NCBI GenBank assembly: GCA_965242965.1
Contig: OZ251518.1
Coordinates: 4,800,001 to 4,864,000, forward strand
DNA from: Candidatus Poribacteria bacterium
GTDB taxonomy: Bacteria > Poribacteria > WGA-4E > WGA-3G
Length of the DNA stretch: 64,000 nucleotides
Direction: 5' to 3'
Below, one piece after another: positions 59,094-64,000 of this stretch (its first letter is position 1; each line of letters begins with the position of its first letter). The notes under the pieces were generated by a model that saw nothing but the letters and a program-made list of their open reading frames with translations, searched no databases and was not told the DNA's origin. A program made the translations under genes and the position numbers.

Positions 59094-59813
59094 ATGCAAA
59101 TCCTGAATCTCCAATCTGGAACGCCTTTTCAGATGGGCAAAGGCAAAAACTGGCGCGTCGTGCATCCCGACATGGGCTCCACGCAGTTAACCCTCAACCA
59201 CGGGTTTCACGCGCCCGGACAAGAATTTACGCAGCACTACCACGATGCCTCCGAGGACGCAATTGTCGTCTTGGAGGGTGGCGGCGCGATACGTCAGGGT
59301 AGCGTCTACACGCCGATTGCCGCCGGTGATGTCATTTTCGTCCCTGCTGGGGAGATACATGGGACGGTAAACACCACCGAGAAGATGGCGCGCCTTATCA
59401 GTTTTCAGGCTCCACCGGATATGGCACTCTACCGGGGTGAACGCGATACGCCAAACGAAATTCCCACCCCGCAACAGGGACATCGGAGTAACGTGCAGGT
59501 GATTCGCATGGCACAAAGCGGTCCCGTGTTCGGCAAAACACTGGAGTGGAGAAGTGTTGTGTCGCCGCAAAAAGGCTCCGTGCATCTTTCACTAGACTGG
59601 CTGCGGCTTGGCATCGGCGAAGAATTCGCGCACGAACCGCGAGAAACCGAGGCGATTTATGTCCTAACGGCGGGGCGCGCGGAAGTCCAAACGGAAAACG
59701 AATGCCGGACGCTCCACTCACACGATGTGATTTTCCTCAGTCCAAAAGACACCGTCACCCTGCGTCACATCGGTGACGCGCCGACAACACTTATTCATTG
59801 CTGGGCAGTTTAA
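59094..59813 (+). CDS. Bicupin domain protein
   Basis: HYH...ED...LEG, GDVIFVPAGEIHG; second degenerate cupin. Confidence 0.85.
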   Translation: MQILNLQSGTPFQMGKGKNWRVVHPDMGSTQLTLNHGFHAPGQEFTQHYHDASEDAIVVLEGGGAIRQGSVYTPIAAGDVIFVPAGEIHGTVNTTEKMARLISFQAPPDMALYRGERDTPNEIPTPQQGHRSNVQVIRMAQSGPVFGKTLEWRSVVSPQKGSVHLSLDWLRLGIGEEFAHEPRETEAIYVLTAGRAEVQTENECRTLHSHDVIFLSPKDTVTLRHIGDAPTTLIHCWAV

Positions 59814-59850
59814 GCCAGCACAGCGCGAAACGCGAAACGGAATAACAAAC

Positions 59851-62322
59851 ATGATAGCAGTTTCACGGCAGGGTAACCTCGCCGTTATCAATCACGAGAA
59901 GTTTCAGATTCATTTCAACCTTGCCAGAGGCACATGGGATTACATCGATGAAACCGGGCAGACGATTATCAAGAATGGGCGGACCCAGATAACGCTCCAA
60001 GATGGGAGCACGGTATCAACAGAAGACGCTGGCACTCGCAAATTTATCTCCGAACCCATGCGTTTGCACAGTGAGTCTTTAGAGCCTTCCTCAAACGGTT
60101 CCGCCGAAACAACCGAGAACGTTGCCTCGCGGCAGCGCGCTACCGAAACGCGCCAATACGAAGTCCTGTTTTCTCACGAACCTACTGAAAAGGGGATTCG
60201 GCTCAACACCTATCTCTACTGCTTCCCCGATGAATCGCACATCGTGCTGAAGGTAGGCATCGAAAATCTCGGCCGCGCGCCCGTTGCACTTGACAGCGTC
60301 ACGCTGCTCGGCATTTCTACTAACCGCGGCGCGGTGCAGCTCGGGGGGCAGCCGTCCGGGTATCATCTTTTCATCAACACGCCGCCTACATTCGGCGGCG
60401 GCGGTATCCAACGCCTCTATGATGGGTTTCAACGCGATGAAAACCGTGCGAATCCGCCGTGTCAGTGCGGCATCCTTCACGATACCGACAGTCGACGGGC
60501 CCTCGTGTTCGGCTTCCTGACAACAGAGAAGTGGTGGCCCCAAGTCCAAGTCGGACATCAGGTGATAGGTAAGGAGTCACCCGGCATCAACCGTTGGAGC
60601 CTCTATCACCAATGCGAACGGCACCGGTGCAAGAAGGGGGAAGAGGTGACTTCGGAGTCTGTCTATCTCAATTTCGTTGATGGAGCCGAAGCGGCGTATC
60701 GCCACTATACCGAGTTAGTAGCAGCGCAAAACGGCGCGCAAACCACGAAGCAGCTTGTAAGTGGATGGAATCTCCTTGATTCGGAAGCGGCGGAGCCCGA
60801 AGTGGAGGCGGCGAACACCTACTTGGAACAGACTGCTCTGCTCGCTGAAAGCCCGCTCTTTCGTCCGCAGTATCCCGGCGGTATCACCTATCTTCAAGTT
60901 GACGCGACGCATGAAGATGTTGAGACAGACGTTGAAGAAATGGTGAGTCACATTCGCGCCAGAGGGTTCAAAGCGGCCATCCGCATAAATCCCTTCAGTG
61001 TCGCGCGCGATTCTGCGTTACTACGGAAGCACCCCGATAGCTGCTTACAAAAGCGAAAGACAAGTTCTCGCGATAAGGAACGGGAGGATGTCGTGTTGTT
61101 AGACGTTTCGCATCCCAAGGCGCAAGCACACATTCACCAGCAGTTCCAACAGTTGATTGCGGAATGGGGATGCGAGTTAATTCAGGCAGATTTTTCCGCG
61201 TATACTACGCTGCTGACTTCGCCACACAATATGACGTGGCACGATAAGTCACTGACTTCTGTGCAGCTCTATCGGCTAGCTGTCCAAGTGGTTAAAAATG
61301 CTGTCGCCGAGGCGGCTGCGGCGCGACAGACAGAAGTGCAGACAGAAGGACAGACAGAAGTGTTGCTGGCGGGGCACAATCTGATTGCTGCGCCTTGTAT
61401 CGGCAGTTTCGTCATGAATTCTCCGGTGGCTTCCGGAGGGCATCATGGGACTGACACGGTAAATTGGCATCATCAGAACGGCACAAAGCACCGCGTGAGT
61501 CAAACCGCGCTGCATCACAGTGAGCATAACACGTTGTGGAACCACGTTTTCGGCGAACTGAAGGTTGACGAACCGCGGCCTATCAACGAGGCAATCGTTG
61601 AGATAACCGCCGCCGCTTTCGCAGGGAGTGCCGTTTTCTGTGCAGATTCTCTCCTGACGCTCAAACCGAACCGGGCAGCACTCTTGGCGAAACTCTTCCC
61701 ACTTATTGGCACCGCCGCGAAACCTGTCGCGCTCTACGACGAACCTTTCCCCCGAATTTGGAGTCTTTCTGTATCGCGCAATCCCTCTGTTCAGGGAGAA
61801 CTGGACAAGGCTGCCGCTGAAAAGTGGTATCTGGTTGCTGTTTTTAATTGGCGGGACCACGAGGACGATGCCGATTTTGAATTAAACGCGCTGGGGATAC
61901 CGGCATCTCAAAAGGACTACCTCGTCCACGATTTTTGGATGCGTCAGTACCTCGGCACCGTATCCGAAAGCGTCACCTTGCTGAACATACCCTCGCGTTC
62001 GGTGAAACTGCTCTGCTTACGGGAAGAACAGGACGTGCCGCAGTTGCTGTCCACGGACATACACTGGACGCAAGGAAGCGTTGAGATTCTATCCGCGGGA
62101 TGGGACAGCAAAAGCGAGAGTTATCTGCTGGTGTGCAAACCACCCCGGCAAGCGAAAGGCACGTGCTTCATTCATGTGCCTGAGGATTACCTGCCGATAG
62201 GCATGTCCGCTTACGGAAGTGAGTATCACTATCAGTGGGAGGCACCTATCTGCCAGGTCACGTTTGGGCCGACGGAGCAGTTAATTCACGCGAATGTCCG
62301 GTTTGCGAGGACTTCAGGATGA
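59851..62322 (+). CDS. Alpha-galactosidase-like (GH36-like) protein, possibly degenerate
   Basis: SGWN, LDVSHP.A, WG..LI.ADF, VAVFNW, DFW...YLG architecture. Confidence 0.65.
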   Translation: MIAVSRQGNLAVINHEKFQIHFNLARGTWDYIDETGQTIIKNGRTQITLQDGSTVSTEDAGTRKFISEPMRLHSESLEPSSNGSAETTENVASRQRATETRQYEVLFSHEPTEKGIRLNTYLYCFPDESHIVLKVGIENLGRAPVALDSVTLLGISTNRGAVQLGGQPSGYHLFINTPPTFGGGGIQRLYDGFQRDENRANPPCQCGILHDTDSRRALVFGFLTTEKWWPQVQVGHQVIGKESPGINRWSLYHQCERHRCKKGEEVTSESVYLNFVDGAEAAYRHYTELVAAQNGAQTTKQLVSGWNLLDSEAAEPEVEAANTYLEQTALLAESPLFRPQYPGGITYLQVDATHEDVETDVEEMVSHIRARGFKAAIRINPFSVARDSALLRKHPDSCLQKRKTSSRDKEREDVVLLDVSHPKAQAHIHQQFQQLIAEWGCELIQADFSAYTTLLTSPHNMTWHDKSLTSVQLYRLAVQVVKNAVAEAAAARQTEVQTEGQTEVLLAGHNLIAAPCIGSFVMNSPVASGGHHGTDTVNWHHQNGTKHRVSQTALHHSEHNTLWNHVFGELKVDEPRPINEAIVEITAAAFAGSAVFCADSLLTLKPNRAALLAKLFPLIGTAAKPVALYDEPFPRIWSLSVSRNPSVQGELDKAAAEKWYLVAVFNWRDHEDDADFELNALGIPASQKDYLVHDFWMRQYLGTVSESVTLLNIPSRSVKLLCLREEQDVPQLLSTDIHWTQGSVEILSAGWDSKSESYLLVCKPPRQAKGTCFIHVPEDYLPIGMSAYGSEYHYQWEAPICQVTFGPTEQLIHANVRFARTSG

Positions 62323-62981
62323 GCACGATTCACCTGCAAATGGAGACTCTCAAAACACGCGCGAGCGTCTGCACGGATTGCAGTTTATCGGAAACCCGTG
62401 CGAATGTCGTCTTCGGGAGCGGCGATGCCGAAGCAAAACTCGCCATCGTCGCTGAAGGCCCCTCCGCCGCCGATAACCAGACGACGTTTCCGTTTTCGGG
62501 GCCCGCCGGCGAATTGCTTGATGAAGTGCTCGCTGCGAACGGTTTGACGCGCGGGAATATCTGGCTGACGAACATCATCAAATGCCGCGCAGCAGGCATG
62601 AGAGAAGGCGTGCTGAAAAACCGCCCGCCGAAATCAGCAGAAATCAAGGCGTGTGCCAAATGGCTTGATGCCGAAATGCGTCTCGTTCAACCTGCCGTAA
62701 TTTTATGCATGGGCAGTCCCGCCGCTAAGACGCTCATTCATCGGCAATTCCGCATCACGACGGAGCGCGGTATCTGGTTTAAGGATACGCAATACGCGCC
62801 GTTCGCGATGGCGACGTTTAACCCGGCTTACGTCCTCCGCCAAGAAGGTGAGACTTTCACTGCCACGCGGCAAATTTTGATTGACGACATTGCCGAAGCA
62901 CTGCGACGTTGCAATATGACTTCGCGATCGACGCGCGAGGTTCGCGAGATGGATGAACCGCCGCAGTTAACACTTTTCTAA
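62319..62981 (+). CDS. Uracil-DNA glycosylase family 4-like ([4Fe-4S])
   Basis: CTDC, VVFGSG, EGP, PFSGPAG.LL, TNIIKCR, NRPP..EI.AC. Confidence 0.88.
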   Translation: MSTIHLQMETLKTRASVCTDCSLSETRANVVFGSGDAEAKLAIVAEGPSAADNQTTFPFSGPAGELLDEVLAANGLTRGNIWLTNIIKCRAAGMREGVLKNRPPKSAEIKACAKWLDAEMRLVQPAVILCMGSPAAKTLIHRQFRITTERGIWFKDTQYAPFAMATFNPAYVLRQEGETFTATRQILIDDIAEALRRCNMTSRSTREVREMDEPPQLTLF

Positions 62982-63026
62982 TTTAATTGAATCATGGAGT
63001 CTTCGCCAACCTCGAACGCCTTGCGA

Positions 63027-64000
63027 ATGACAAAAACACTCCAAAATCTCCTCAACCGCTACGTGCAGGACATTGAGGCGACAAGAACGAGCCCGATGGC
63101 AACGGCGGAACTTTCCTTGCACGCGCCGTTGAAAACGTTCCTTGACGCAACAACGGTAGCACTGGACAGGCAGCACATCGCCTTCACGCATGAACCGCGA
63201 GCCGCCCATGCCATCGGACGGCCCGATTTCGTCGCGCGGGAAGGGCTGTTCCCTGTCGGCTATATTGAGGCGGAGGCATACGGCACCGACTTAGACGCGC
63301 TCACCGGGCACGCCAAAACCCAGAATCAGCGGTTCATTGACAACCTTGACAACTTCGTCCTCACCAATTTCGTTGAATTTCGGTTGTATACCGATGGTGC
63401 TTTGCGCGCAACCGCCTTTTCTTCCGAAGCAGAGGCACTCGGAAGTTTGCTGGAACGGTTCCTGAGCGCGCAGCCGATACCGCTCACAACGCCGGAGGCA
63501 CTCGCGCAATACCTCGCGCGCCGCACACGGGAACTTCAGACACAAATTATGACAGTGCTTCGCGATGCGCAGAACGATATCTCGCAGATGTTCTCCGCGT
63601 TTCAAAAACTGCTGCTCTCAACGTTGACACCGGAAGATTTTGCTGACATGTATGCACAGACACTAGCGTATGGCCTCTTCGCGGCGCGATGCACGCTGCC
63701 GAATGCGATGAACTTCTCGCGAAGCACCGCTGCCGACGCGCTGCCGCGTTCTAACCCCTTCCTCCGAAACCTCTTTTATCAGGTAGCATCGCCCAACTTG
63801 GATAGCAATCTCACGTGGATTTTGGACGACATCATCAACCTGCTGCGCAATGTCTCCTCTGAAATGCTTCACACGGTTTTCGATGTGGAAGTGGAAACGG
63901 ACAAGGCGCGCGAGGCACAGGCACTTGCACCCCATCCCCAGGCACAATTTACGAAAGACGCGGTTATCCATTTCTACGAGACATTTCTCGCCGAATATGA
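63027..64000 (+). CDS. Type IIG/ISP-like restriction-modification protein, N-terminal part (3'-truncated by window)
   Basis: My translation: GRPDF...GYIEAE, LTNF.EFRLY, FADMYAQTLAYGLFAAR, NPFLR.LF, VIHFYETFLAEY; alternative start 62994. Confidence 0.85.
   Translation, partial: MTKTLQNLLNRYVQDIEATRTSPMATAELSLHAPLKTFLDATTVALDRQHIAFTHEPRAAHAIGRPDFVAREGLFPVGYIEAEAYGTDLDALTGHAKTQNQRFIDNLDNFVLTNFVEFRLYTDGALRATAFSSEAEALGSLLERFLSAQPIPLTTPEALAQYLARRTRELQTQIMTVLRDAQNDISQMFSAFQKLLLSTLTPEDFADMYAQTLAYGLFAARCTLPNAMNFSRSTAADALPRSNPFLRNLFYQVASPNLDSNLTWILDDIINLLRNVSSEMLHTVFDVEVETDKAREAQALAPHPQAQFTKDAVIHFYETFLAEY

Noticed and set aside
61328-61362. 12-bp in-frame tandem repeat (QTEV QTEG QTEV)
   Set aside because: Short frame-preserving slippage in a linker with no switching potential evident.

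Overview
Bacterial genomic window of moderate GC with about 50 CDSs and no rRNA, tRNA or CRISPR that I can see. The gene content (several PhyH-like dioxygenases, a sulfatase, secreted LamG proteins ending in a TWGxLK tail, Uma2 nucleases, an LRR/lamin-tail surface protein) resembles Candidatus Poribacteria; this assignment is inference. Metabolic and transport genes are interleaved with many defence or TA-like modules: XRE-ImmA/IrrE + PIN, a ClpP-class protease with two paralogous small ORFs, a type III R-M whose mod is split at a G9 tract, HicAB, an MTase-HNH fusion, a SLATT-like protein and a type IIG/ISP-like R-M at the right edge. Roughly 8 kb of intergenic DNA (my tally from coordinates) is built from several families of GTAG-footed REP-like hairpins. 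Some are packaged inside TIR-bounded MITE-like elements and some are inserted in frame in genes. The most striking structure is an Rpn nuclease with an internal SD-led C-terminal ORF, followed by three stand-alone, sequence-diversified copies of that ORF at an exact 292-bp period. I interpret this as a candidate orphan antitoxin or swappable C-terminal cassette array.
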